Positions 29,461 through 38,942 of a stretch of 64,000 nt of DNA are shown in pieces. Where the stretch lies: contig JAHPZH010000005.1 of NCBI GenBank assembly GCA_019058315.1, positions 128,001 through 192,000 on the forward strand, given 5' to 3'. Source of the DNA: Candidatus Helarchaeota archaeon. GTDB taxonomy: Archaea > Asgardarchaeota > Lokiarchaeia > Helarchaeales > RDOG01. The position numbers were made by a program, and so were the translations under genes. The notes under the pieces are model-generated. The model was not told the DNA's origin, did no database searches, and saw only the letters and a list, made by a program, of their open reading frames with translations. Position 1 is the stretch's first letter, and every line of letters begins with the position of its first letter.

Positions 29461-30663
29461 ATGAATTATCATTTCGTGAATTATATGAAAGATAAACAAC
29501 CCCCAAAATATCAGATCGCCGATAAAACCCCAACTTCCGAAGAATACCCTCCTATAAGCGAGAAATTGCTTAAAAAATTACAAAAAGAACGATTAAATGT
29601 TGAAAAAGAGTGGAAAAAGCTAGAAGAAGAACGGAATAAATTGGAGAAAGTCATTAAAAAAATGGAAAGTTATGGAGCTACAATCGAAGATCTTGAAAAG
29701 AAGAGAAAAGAAAAAGAATATGAAGTAAAGGATCTTTTAAGGGAAAAAGATCAGTTAAATAATGAATTAGATAGAATAAAAAAAGAAATTGATAATGAAA
29801 AAAGTAGATTAGCTTCCCAAAAAGACAAGATGGATATTATGAAAGAAAAAGTCCGTTCAAAAGATAAAGAATTAGATAAAAAAATGAGTGAGATAAAAAG
29901 TAAAGAAATAGAATTAATTCGTTCAAAAGAACCTGTGGAGAAAGAAATTGCAAATTTAGAAAGACAGAAGGACAGAGAGAAATCACAATTAGAAGATCTT
30001 GGTAAAAAAATTGGGAAATATAAAAATGATGTTAAAGATCTCCAAGAAGATAGAGATCGTTTAAAAAATGAGCGGGATAAATTAGAAAAAGAGGTTGTAC
30101 GAGAGAAGCAATTACTTTCTGATGAGAGAAATAAAATTGAGAAAGAAAAAGATGACTTAAGCAGGAAAAAGAAAGACTTAGATAAAAGAATTAATGATTT
30201 AGAGGGGAAGAAAAAGGATTTAAGAAATATAAAAGATGAGCTTAGTAAAGAAAAAAATGACTTAATAAAAACTAGAGAGAAAGAACAAGCACGGGTGAGG
30301 GATTTAACCAATAAAATTCCAAAGTTGGAAAGCGAAATAAATTCATTAGAGAAAAAAATTCAAGATTTAAATGTTAAATTGAGCGATTTAAAGAACAATA
30401 AAAGATTATTAGAAAATGAAATTAATAGAATGTCAAAAGAGATAGAAAATAATAAGGCCAAAATGCAAAACGAAATGAAAAATATTGAAAATGAAAAAAC
30501 AAAGATAAATAGCGAAAAAGATAATATCAAACGTGAACGGGATAAATTAAAAGAAGAAAAAAGTAATTTAGAAAATGAACGTAAAAATTTAGAAGAACAA
30601 ATAAGAAAAATGAAAACTATTAAGAAAGAAAAAATAAGAACTAAAACCCCTTTAGGTTATTAG
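29461..30663 (+). CDS. Long coiled-coil protein
   Basis: ~350 aa of K/E/L/I heptad-like sequence, almost free of Pro/Gly, with internal quasi-repeats; divergent from the Ubl gene. Confidence 0.8.
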   Translation: MNYHFVNYMKDKQPPKYQIADKTPTSEEYPPISEKLLKKLQKERLNVEKEWKKLEEERNKLEKVIKKMESYGATIEDLEKKRKEKEYEVKDLLREKDQLNNELDRIKKEIDNEKSRLASQKDKMDIMKEKVRSKDKELDKKMSEIKSKEIELIRSKEPVEKEIANLERQKDREKSQLEDLGKKIGKYKNDVKDLQEDRDRLKNERDKLEKEVVREKQLLSDERNKIEKEKDDLSRKKKDLDKRINDLEGKKKDLRNIKDELSKEKNDLIKTREKEQARVRDLTNKIPKLESEINSLEKKIQDLNVKLSDLKNNKRLLENEINRMSKEIENNKAKMQNEMKNIENEKTKINSEKDNIKRERDKLKEEKSNLENERKNLEEQIRKMKTIKKEKIRTKTPLGY

Positions 30664-30668
30664 ATTTT

Positions 30669-32246
30669 TTATTCCCACTCAATAGTTGCTGGTGGTTTAT
30701 GAGTAATATCATAGACTACTCTTGATATTTGGGATATTTCATTTGTGATCCTTGTGGAAATTTTTTCGAGTATCTCAAATGGAATTTTAGCAAAATTAGC
30801 AGTCATGGCTTCTCTACTTTTGACTGCCCTTATTGCAAGTACATAATCATAAGCTCTTGCATCTCCCTTTACCCCAACGCTTTTAATATTTGTTAAAACG
30901 GCAAAATATTGCCATAAACCATCTTTTAAGGCTTTATTTTTTTCTATTTCATCTGTTACTATTTTATCAGCCTTTCTTAATAATGCAATCTTATCAGGTG
31001 TTATCTTGCCAATTAACCTTACAGCTAATCCAGGACCGGGAAAGGGTTGTCTATGAATAATTTCCTCTGGTAATCCCAATGATTTTGCAATTTCTCTGAC
31101 CTCATCTTTATATAAATCTTTTAAGGGTTCTACAATTCCCTTAAATTTTATCTTTGTAGGGATTCCAGCAACATTATGGTGACTTTTAATTTTATCAGAA
31201 TATTTACTTAATCCCGATTCAATTCTATCTGGATAAATTGTGCCTTGAATAAGATATTCTGCCCCAAATTCTTCAGCAACTTCTTCAAAGACTTTAATAA
31301 ACTCTTCTCCAATAATCTTTCTTTTCTGTTCTGGGTCTGAAATATTCCTTAATTTTTTGAAAAAACGATCCTGTGCATTAATTAATTTAAGGTTCACTCC
31401 AAGTTTTGTAAAGGTTTTTTCAACAAATTCAGGTTCTCCCTCTCTCATAAGACCTTGATCCACAAAAACAGCCATTAGATTTTCCCCAATAGCTTTAGAA
31501 GCAAGCACTGTGGAAGTGCTCGAATCTATACCACCACTTAGTGCAATTATTGCTTTTTTATTCCCAATTGTTGAAACAATCTCCTCAATAGCATCATTTA
31601 TTATAGATGTAGGTTCCCAATTAGCCTCACATTTACATATATTAAAGATAAAATTTCTTAACATTTTTATTCCATTTTCAGTATGAACCACCTCGGGATG
31701 AAACTGTAGTCCATAAATATCTTGCTTTTTATTTTGAAATGCAGCAATTGGACAATTACTGGTATGAGCTAATATTTCAAATTCTTCAGGAAGGCTAAAA
31801 ACAGTGTCACCATGGCTCATCCAAACTTTCTCCTCTTGTTTTAAACCTTCTAAGATCCCTATCGGTTTATCTACAATTATTTTAATAGAACCATATTCTT
31901 TCTTAGCTCCACTTTCTACTTTTCCATTAAAAGTTTGAGCAAGTAAATGATGACCATAACAAAGACCAAGGATTGGAATATTTAGACTTAAGATCCTCTT
32001 ATCAAATGTTGGAGCGTTTTCTTCATAAACACTAGATGGACCTCCAGAAAAAATTATTCCTTTTATTTGGAACTTATCCTTCAATTTCAGTAAATCATTA
32101 GGTTTTATTTCACAAGGGATTATTTCTGAGTAAACTCTTTGTTCTCTGACTCTTTTAGTAATAAGATGAGCATATTGTCCTCCGAAATCCATAATAAGAA
32201 TAGTATCGAATTTTTTAATATGTTTATTTGATTTTAAATTACTCAT
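30669..32246 (-). CDS. guaA: GMP synthase (glutamine-hydrolysing), fused GATase + ATP-PPase
   Basis: DFGGQY, GLCYG, QFHPEV, LSGGIDS, KSHHNV, PFPGPGL, KPPATIEWE. Confidence 0.98.
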   Translation of the reverse strand: MSNLKSNKHIKKFDTILIMDFGGQYAHLITKRVREQRVYSEIIPCEIKPNDLLKLKDKFQIKGIIFSGGPSSVYEENAPTFDKRILSLNIPILGLCYGHHLLAQTFNGKVESGAKKEYGSIKIIVDKPIGILEGLKQEEKVWMSHGDTVFSLPEEFEILAHTSNCPIAAFQNKKQDIYGLQFHPEVVHTENGIKMLRNFIFNICKCEANWEPTSIINDAIEEIVSTIGNKKAIIALSGGIDSSTSTVLASKAIGENLMAVFVDQGLMREGEPEFVEKTFTKLGVNLKLINAQDRFFKKLRNISDPEQKRKIIGEEFIKVFEEVAEEFGAEYLIQGTIYPDRIESGLSKYSDKIKSHHNVAGIPTKIKFKGIVEPLKDLYKDEVREIAKSLGLPEEIIHRQPFPGPGLAVRLIGKITPDKIALLRKADKIVTDEIEKNKALKDGLWQYFAVLTNIKSVGVKGDARAYDYVLAIRAVKSREAMTANFAKIPFEILEKISTRITNEISQISRVVYDITHKPPATIEWE

Positions 32247-32373
32247 GGGTCTTACGCCATTAATTTAATTTATAATGTTAAGATGTTTTTTTAATAATAT
32301 TTTGATTTAAATTATTTAAAGAATAAATGTTAAACCACCTAAATTAAATAACAAGCTTAAAATATGTGATAAA

Positions 32374-32475
32374 ATGCCATCAAAGAAGAAAAAAAAACCT
32401 AAGAAAAAAAAGAAAAAAGTTGGTAGATTGAAAACAAGTAGAAAAGTAGACAATATTCAATTAAGTGTTGAATAA
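32374..32475 (+). CDS. Candidate 33-aa highly basic peptide MPSKKKKKPKKKKKKVGRLKTSRKVDNIQLSVE
   Basis: ATG 32374 to TAA 32473-32475 in the guaA-hisF gap; weak GTGA upstream; below the ORF-track cutoff. Confidence 0.35.
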   Translation: MPSKKKKKPKKKKKKVGRLKTSRKVDNIQLSVE

Positions 32476-32551
32476 CCTTTATTATTATTTTTGAAAGCAA
32501 CTCTACTTAACAATCTATTTTTCGTTAAAATACTATTAATTACTTATAAAT

Positions 32552-33364
32552 TTATAATCGGACAGACACACCTTTTTTTGCCAGAAATTCTTTTATTTCT
32601 TTAATTCTGTATGTGCCGTAATGAAAAATACTTGCAGCTAGGGCAGCATCAGAATTTCCAATAGTCAATGCCTCTAATAGATGCTCAGGTGTCCCTGCTC
32701 CACTACTTGCAATTATTGGAACTGGCACTCGATCAGATAATTCCCGTAAAAATATTAAATCATACCCTTTTTGTGTTCCATCAAAATCCAATGATGAAAT
32801 CATAAACTCCCCAGCACCGAGTTCTACTACCTTTTCGCACCATTTAAATGCATCTAATTCTACTTCTTCTCTTCCACCGTAAATATAAATGCTCCACCAA
32901 CATTTACCTTCTGGAGTTTCTAGAACTATTCTTTCTGGAGCTTCTGATTCATCAGAAACATACACACGCTTAATATCAACAGAGGATACAATACATTGAC
33001 TTCCAAAAATTCCTGCAGATTCTTTTATTAAATTCGGATTTTTAACAGCAGCTGTATTAATTGTAACTTTATCAGCTCCGTGAGAGAGAATTTGACGGAT
33101 GTCCTCAATATTTCGAATCCCACCACCAACAGTAAACGGAATGAATATTCTATCAGCAGTTCTACTGACAACATCAATCAGAATATCTCTTTTTTCATAA
33201 GATGCTGTTATATCCAGAAATACTAACTCGTCAGCACCTTCCTCATTATAAAATGCAGCTAATTCAACCGGATCTCCAGCATCTTTTAGTTCTTTGAATT
33301 TAATTCCTTTTACAACCCTACCTTCAGTCATATCCATACATGGAATAATTCTCTTTGCTAACAA
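32552..33364 (-). CDS. hisF: Imidazole glycerol phosphate synthase cyclase subunit
   Basis: MLAKRIIPCMD, GRVVKG, GADELVFLDITAS, PFTVGGG, DGTQKGYD, AALAASIFH. Confidence 0.98.
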   Translation of the reverse strand: MLAKRIIPCMDMTEGRVVKGIKFKELKDAGDPVELAAFYNEEGADELVFLDITASYEKRDILIDVVSRTADRIFIPFTVGGGIRNIEDIRQILSHGADKVTINTAAVKNPNLIKESAGIFGSQCIVSSVDIKRVYVSDESEAPERIVLETPEGKCWWSIYIYGGREEVELDAFKWCEKVVELGAGEFMISSLDFDGTQKGYDLIFLRELSDRVPVPIIASSGAGTPEHLLEALTIGNSDAALAASIFHYGTYRIKEIKEFLAKKGVSVRL

Positions 33365-33384
33365 TGACTTATCTCACTTTCCTT

Positions 33385-33996
33385 TTACTTTTTTACATAT
33401 TCGATGAAATTTCCTAGCATTTTTAATCCAGTTTCTCCAGATTTTTCAGGATGGAATTGGGTTGAAAATACTTGTCTATTAGCTAAAATCGAAGGAAATA
33501 TTACTCCATAATTTGTGTTAGTAATGATATCATCTTTATTTTCTACTTCACCATAAAAAGAGTGAACGAAATAGACGTAAGAGCCATCTTCAATACCATT
33601 CAAGAGAGGATTTTCAGGTTTTGCAAAATCTAAAGTATTCCATCCCATATGAGGCACTTTAACTGTGCCAGGAAGTTTTATAACTTTACCTTTATAAACA
33701 TCTAATCCCTTATAAATGCCTCCTTCAGTACTCGTGGTAAATAGTAGTTGTAGACCCAGACATATACCTAATAATGGTTTACCTAGACGAATTTGATCTA
33801 AGATAATCCCAGAAATTGGCATTAACTTATCTATTGCACCTTTAAATGCACCAACACCTGGCAATACAAGTGCATCAGAAGCATCCATCTCTTTTTTTTC
33901 GTGGGTCAAAATTATTTCAGCATTTACTTTTGTAAGACCGTTTGAAATGCTTCTTAAGTTTCCTACGCCATATTCAATAATAGCGACTTTTACCAA
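33385..33996 (-). CDS. hisH: Imidazole glycerol phosphate synthase glutaminase subunit
   Basis: GNLRSI, LPGVGAF, GICLGLQ, PHMGWN, YFVHSF, QFHPEKSG. Confidence 0.98.
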   Translation of the reverse strand: MVKVAIIEYGVGNLRSISNGLTKVNAEIILTHEKKEMDASDALVLPGVGAFKGAIDKLMPISGIILDQIRLGKPLLGICLGLQLLFTTSTEGGIYKGLDVYKGKVIKLPGTVKVPHMGWNTLDFAKPENPLLNGIEDGSYVYFVHSFYGEVENKDDIITNTNYGVIFPSILANRQVFSTQFHPEKSGETGLKMLGNFIEYVKK

Positions 33997-34168
33997 AGAA
34001 AAAACCTATCTAATTAAAATCATGATATATATTTTTTAATCAATTATACAAATATGACTATATTTAAAGGTATTTTAGTCAAAATTGACAGAACATTCGT
34101 CTTTTTTTATCATATTGGCTATAAATTCATCCTTCAGTATTTAAAAATTCTCTTATAGAGATATGAAT

Positions 34169-34837
34169 TTAATCAAACTCTATACCACGTGACTTATAAA
34201 CCAAATATACATAGAGGACACCGCCGAGAAAACCACCAACATGAGCCCAATAAGCAACGCCAGACCCACCTGCGATTATTCCATATAAAACTTGTAAGGC
34301 AAAATAGAATATTACTGCTACCCATGCTCTTGTTCTCCAAAGGAACCTACCAGCATAGACCAAAGCTTGATTCTCCGGAAATAGTAGTGCATACGCCCCC
34401 ATGACTCCAAAGATTGCGCCTGAGGCGCCTATTGCAGGTATAGTTGGATCCATGAACACTGAAGCGATCAATCCATAAATTAAATTTGCGACTATACCTG
34501 AAAGAAAATACATTATTAGAAAAGATATACGCCCTAATATAAAGGAGTCCCGTCCTAAACTTCCCTCAATATCGAGTGAAAATAGGAAAAAATAAAACAT
34601 GTTAAATCCAATGTGAAAAATATCTCCATGAATAAACAATGAAGTAATTATTGTATAGAGTTTTCTTCCATTAAAAAATTCACTAGCGGTGAAACCAAGA
34701 TTAATAAAATGGATGTCAGGCTCACCCAAAATCCAATTTGCCATTACATTGACTCGTATAAAGACAATTATATTAATTATAATTATACTAATGGTAACTA
34801 TTGGTTTTCTAAAATATCTAGGAAAAACAATTGCCAT
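34169..34837 (-). CDS. Rhomboid-family intramembrane serine protease
   Basis: FIHGDIFHIGFNM, catalytic GASG, AYWAHVGG. Confidence 0.95.
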   Translation of the reverse strand: MAIVFPRYFRKPIVTISIIIINIIVFIRVNVMANWILGEPDIHFINLGFTASEFFNGRKLYTIITSLFIHGDIFHIGFNMFYFFLFSLDIEGSLGRDSFILGRISFLIMYFLSGIVANLIYGLIASVFMDPTIPAIGASGAIFGVMGAYALLFPENQALVYAGRFLWRTRAWVAVIFYFALQVLYGIIAGGSGVAYWAHVGGFLGGVLYVYLVYKSRGIEFD

Positions 34838-34962
34838 CCTTCAAACCTCATTAGATTAATAAACAATTGTATTAGTAACTAATAATTTCTTATTAAATTA
34901 AAAGAATTGTGTTTTCATTAATAATAAAACTTTTTATAACCAGATAAATAAAGGATAACTTA

Positions 34963-35649
34963 ATGTTAGACATATTAATTAATACAATTAATCATCTGAG
35001 TTATATAAACACTCCACTTTTTTATGCAGAGTTAATTTCCAAAATTATACTTAGTGCAGCATTAGTTATTGGGGGATTCATTTTTCTAAGGCGATTCTTA
35101 AAGATTATAAATAAGACCGAAGAATCTTTTCAAAAATTTTTCGCTTTAGGCATCTCCTTATTTGGTTATTTTTATGCATTAACCCGAATTTTTTACATTT
35201 TTTCAGATTTTTTAATTGAAGGTACTCCAGAACATTTGCTTTTTTGGCGTTTGGCTGCTTTGACTATGTTAATAGCTTTGACTTTCTTAGAAATAATTAT
35301 TGAAACGTATTTAGTTAAAACATATTATTTCTTTACTTTAATTGCTATAATAGCAGCGTTTCTGTTACTAATTTTACCCCTAAATCAAGCAAGAATAATT
35401 TCATATACACTTTCTCCAACTCTATTAGTTAATATTGTTGGGATATATATCTACGTGGCATATAAATCACGGGGAGAGGGGGAAACAAGTAAAAAGGCAA
35501 TAACCAGTATGTTTGGTATTTCATTAATTGCAATCGGTATTGTAATTGATGGAGTTGTTATAAAGAACATCGTTGGTTTTGATACTGGTCTGATTGGTGC
35601 AATTGTAATGATGGCTGGTCTTGCTTTATTTTTTAAAGCAAATTATTAA
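34963..35649 (+). CDS. Multi-pass (about 7TM) membrane protein of unknown function
   Basis: Hydrophobic helices; similar layout to 38157-38888 (F.YA(L/I)xR(I/V)...(S/A)D, FW). Confidence 0.75.
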   Translation: MLDILINTINHLSYINTPLFYAELISKIILSAALVIGGFIFLRRFLKIINKTEESFQKFFALGISLFGYFYALTRIFYIFSDFLIEGTPEHLLFWRLAALTMLIALTFLEIIIETYLVKTYYFFTLIAIIAAFLLLILPLNQARIISYTLSPTLLVNIVGIYIYVAYKSRGEGETSKKAITSMFGISLIAIGIVIDGVVIKNIVGFDTGLIGAIVMMAGLALFFKANY

Positions 35650-35688
35650 ATTTATTAATTTCTATAATTATTACTTAATTTTATTAGA

Positions 35689-36003
35689 TTGGTTATTAAA
35701 TTGAAAAAAAAAGAATATGATTCTATTTCAGAAGATATGATTGGAAAGGAAATTACCCTAATTGGTTTGGCTGTTGATGCCAAAGCTGGAGCGTGTGTAT
35801 TGTTAAAAGATGATGTTGCTATATATGTTCAAGAATGGGAGCATTGGGAACCTGAAATTCTGGGAAAAAAGGTATCTGTGACAGGAACACTTGTAGAAAA
35901 AAAATTCATTCCTGATCCAATAATTGATGAAAATGGAGCTATAAGTCAAGGAGCAGAAGGATCTCAGTTAGTTTTAGAGAATGCAAATTGGAAATTGGTA
36001 TAA
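35689..36003 (+). CDS. Small hypothetical protein, possibly OB-fold
   Basis: GKEITLIG..VDAKAGA...GKKVSVTGTL beta-rich pattern. Confidence 0.6.
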   Translation: MVIKLKKKEYDSISEDMIGKEITLIGLAVDAKAGACVLLKDDVAIYVQEWEHWEPEILGKKVSVTGTLVEKKFIPDPIIDENGAISQGAEGSQLVLENANWKLV

Positions 36004-36019
36004 AACCTAAAATATTTCT

Positions 36020-36397
36020 GTGGATTTGATAGTCTTGAGCGATGAAAACATATTTGAGGAGTATAAAAGAGTCGCTTTGTCCATAAAAAAAGTACATGTA
36101 ACTGATGAAGAACTAATTCTGGAATGGAAATATGAGAAAAGAGAAAATGATGTATATTTATTTAAAGATTTAAAAAAAGCTACAATTATTACTACAGATC
36201 AAGGACCATTTGAAGAAGATGTATTCTGGTTATTATTATTTAAAATACCCATTATGATTCCTCAAGCTGCTGGAACTGATAAACTGTTAGAAAAGTTACA
36301 AAAATTGCCAGGATTCGATAATGAAAATGTGATTAAAGCAATGACATGCACAGAAAATGATTCTTTTCTTGTGTGGGAAAAAAAGAATAAAGAATAA
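36020..36397 (+). CDS. Hypothetical protein
   Basis: 125 aa with a conserved-looking TTDQGPFEEDVFWLL ... LQKLPGFDN motif. Confidence 0.7.
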   Translation: MDLIVLSDENIFEEYKRVALSIKKVHVTDEELILEWKYEKRENDVYLFKDLKKATIITTDQGPFEEDVFWLLLFKIPIMIPQAAGTDKLLEKLQKLPGFDNENVIKAMTCTENDSFLVWEKKNKE

Positions 36398-36470
36398 TTA
36401 GTTTACGTTGTTTATTTTAGTTATTTTTTAAAAATCTTAAAATTTTTTTGAGAATTGGGTTGAATCTAAA

Positions 36471-37478
36471 TTGTTGGTTCCGAGACCAATTTCTGGAGGT
36501 ATACTACTTTCTTATAAATGTAGCAGTGAATGCAAACATTGTATGTATGCTTGTTCCCCAAACTGGAAAGCAGATTGGATCTCTTTAAAAGATGCAGATA
36601 AAATTTTAAACCAATTGGCTGATAAGATTCAAGCAAGTCCCCTTGGACCAGATAAAATTGATATTAATCATGGTCTTCATTTTACAGGTGGAGAACCGTT
36701 TTTAAATTATGATCTACTGCTTAAAATTACCGATTTAGCGTCAAAGCTTAAAATCCCATCAATGTTTGTCGAAACTAATTGTTTTTGGTGTAAAGATGAC
36801 GAAGCGACTAGAAATAAACTCGTAGAATTAAAAAGAGCTGGTTTAAATGGAATATTGATTAGTGTAAACCCATTCATTCTTGAACAAGTACCTTTCGAAA
36901 AAACAGAAAGAGGATTTAGGATAAGTAGTGAAATCTTTGGAGAAAATGCTATAATATACCAGGATCTTTTTTATAATATATTCAAACTTCTTAAATTAAA
37001 AGATACTTTGCCATTTGAAGAATTTTTACGGAAATCTCCCGATAGCTTACAATATGTAGAATTGATACCTATGGGTAGAGCAGTCTATAAAATAGGACAT
37101 TTATTTAAAAAATACAAAGCGAAAAATTTCTTTAATTTATCATGCAAAGGAGACTTACTGAGGGATTGGCATGTTCATATCGATAATTATGGTAATTATA
37201 TGACTGGATATTGTGGTGGAATTAGTTTAGGAGATGCTAAAGACCTTAATCTTATACTTGAAGGTATTGATTTAGATGAATTTCCTATACTTAAAGCTTT
37301 GATATCTAATTTAAAACAACTTTATAGAATTGGAGTTGAACAATTTGGTTATAAAGAGCGGAATGAGGGTTATATTTCAAAATGTCATCTTTGCGTTGAT
37401 ATAAGAAGACATATTGTGCAAATAACTGATAAATTTAAGGAGTTGAAACCAAAAGAATTATATTATAATTTAGAATAA
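36471..37478 (+). CDS. Radical SAM protein
   Basis: CSSECKHC (CxxxCxxC), FTGGEPF, ETN; C-terminal Cys cluster (C...C...CHLC). Confidence 0.93.
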   Translation: MLVPRPISGGILLSYKCSSECKHCMYACSPNWKADWISLKDADKILNQLADKIQASPLGPDKIDINHGLHFTGGEPFLNYDLLLKITDLASKLKIPSMFVETNCFWCKDDEATRNKLVELKRAGLNGILISVNPFILEQVPFEKTERGFRISSEIFGENAIIYQDLFYNIFKLLKLKDTLPFEEFLRKSPDSLQYVELIPMGRAVYKIGHLFKKYKAKNFFNLSCKGDLLRDWHVHIDNYGNYMTGYCGGISLGDAKDLNLILEGIDLDEFPILKALISNLKQLYRIGVEQFGYKERNEGYISKCHLCVDIRRHIVQITDKFKELKPKELYYNLE

Positions 37479-37527
37479 ATATTTATACACTTAAAATCTA
37501 GATTTAACAACTTAGAGGGATTGAATC

Positions 37528-38085
37528 ATGGAAATTATAATTAATAAAACCAAATTACGTCTAATTAGAGGAGATATAACCGATCAAGAAACCGATGCTA
37601 TTGTAAATGCTGCCAACTCAGGTTTAATGGGAGGTGGTGGTGTAGATGGAGCTATTCACCGGAGAGGTGGTCCGAAAATACTTGAAGAATGCAAAAAAAT
37701 ACGGCAGTCAGAATGGCCAAAAGGTCTTCCTACAGGAAAAGCAGTTATAACAACTGGAGGGAATCTTAAAGCAAGTTTTGTAATCCATACTGTAGGACCC
37801 ATTTGGCGTGGTGGAAATAATAAAGAACCCGAATTACTTACAGATGCTTATCGAAACTCATTGAAATTAGCTGTTTCTAAAGGTTTGAAATCAATTGCAT
37901 TCCCCTCAATCAGCACGGGTGCATATGGTTATCCGATATGGAAGGCTAGCTTAATCGCTCTATCTACGGTGAAGGAATTCTTGGAGAAAGAAAATAAATT
38001 AGATGAAATTATTTTTGTACTTTTCAGCCAGAGTGACCTAGAAACTTATAAAGATGTAGCAAAAGAAGTTATTCCAAATGTTTAA
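37528..38085 (+). CDS. Macro domain protein (YmdB/MacroD-type ADP-ribose hydrolase)
   Basis: GDIT, AIVNAAN, GGGGVDGAIH, VIHTVGP, AFPSISTGAYGYP. Confidence 0.95.
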   Translation: MEIIINKTKLRLIRGDITDQETDAIVNAANSGLMGGGGVDGAIHRRGGPKILEECKKIRQSEWPKGLPTGKAVITTGGNLKASFVIHTVGPIWRGGNNKEPELLTDAYRNSLKLAVSKGLKSIAFPSISTGAYGYPIWKASLIALSTVKEFLEKENKLDEIIFVLFSQSDLETYKDVAKEVIPNV

Positions 38086-38156
38086 TTCTTGATATAAAAT
38101 ATTTAATTTAAAAAATATATGATTTTCAATGTTTAAAATATCAAAGAGATGATTTT

Positions 38157-38888
38157 ATGGCAATTCCTTCGGGTGAATTAAATCCCAATTATTTTATTCA
38201 AGACATGAGAGTCGGATTATGGCTTGTAGCCATTAGTCTTTTACTTTTATTTGCTAAGGATTTTTTTTATAGGAGTAGAAAAGCAGAATTAGAAAATCAA
38301 AAGAAATTATTTTCAGGTTTTGCTATTTTTTTTACTTTATATGCAATAGCAAGAGTTTGTTTCATGATTGCTGACTATGGTTTTATTCATATTAATGGAA
38401 TTCCTCTTCCTGAATTCCAATTTGGAAGAGATTGGGTAGGTGGTTTTTATTTTAATATTTTCTGGCAAATTGGAACACTTTTTGGAGTAATAGGATTTAC
38501 AACTTTAGTATTTTATATAGAGAATTATTTACTAGAGAAAAAAACCAAGTTGGTTTTCAGTGTTATAGGATTAGCATTAATAGGGCTTGTATCATCGTTA
38601 GGGTTAATAGTTCGAAATTTAGTATATATAGCTATTGCATTTATGGCTGCAGTTCCAGTTATTTTATATTTTTATTATGCCAATTTATCTGAGGGTGATA
38701 TAAAAAAGAAAGCAACAATATGTGGGATTGCGCTCTCATTTTTGTTGGGAGGAATAGGATTGGATAGTAAATTAATGCAAAATATTTTATTTCCTTTAAA
38801 TATTCCAACGAAAATAATTGGAACTTTGTTATTAATTCTTGGACTCTTCATATTTAACCACGAATACAGCACCACAAGTGGAATTTGA
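38157..38888 (+). CDS. Multi-pass (about 7TM) membrane protein, paralog-like to 34963-35649
   Basis: About 7 hydrophobic segments; shared FxYAxxRxxxxxxD, FW and S.G...KKA pattern. Confidence 0.75.
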   Translation: MAIPSGELNPNYFIQDMRVGLWLVAISLLLLFAKDFFYRSRKAELENQKKLFSGFAIFFTLYAIARVCFMIADYGFIHINGIPLPEFQFGRDWVGGFYFNIFWQIGTLFGVIGFTTLVFYIENYLLEKKTKLVFSVIGLALIGLVSSLGLIVRNLVYIAIAFMAAVPVILYFYYANLSEGDIKKKATICGIALSFLLGGIGLDSKLMQNILFPLNIPTKIIGTLLLILGLFIFNHEYSTTSGI

Positions 38889-38942
38889 GCAAGGTTTAGA
38901 AAATAAGTAAAATTTAAATGATTTATTATTGAAGAGTATATT

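Noticed and set aside
34169-38085. Rhomboid protease and macrodomain as members of the ubiquitin/ERAD-like system
   Set aside because: Separated from it by guaA/hisFH; both are ordinary widespread prokaryotic types
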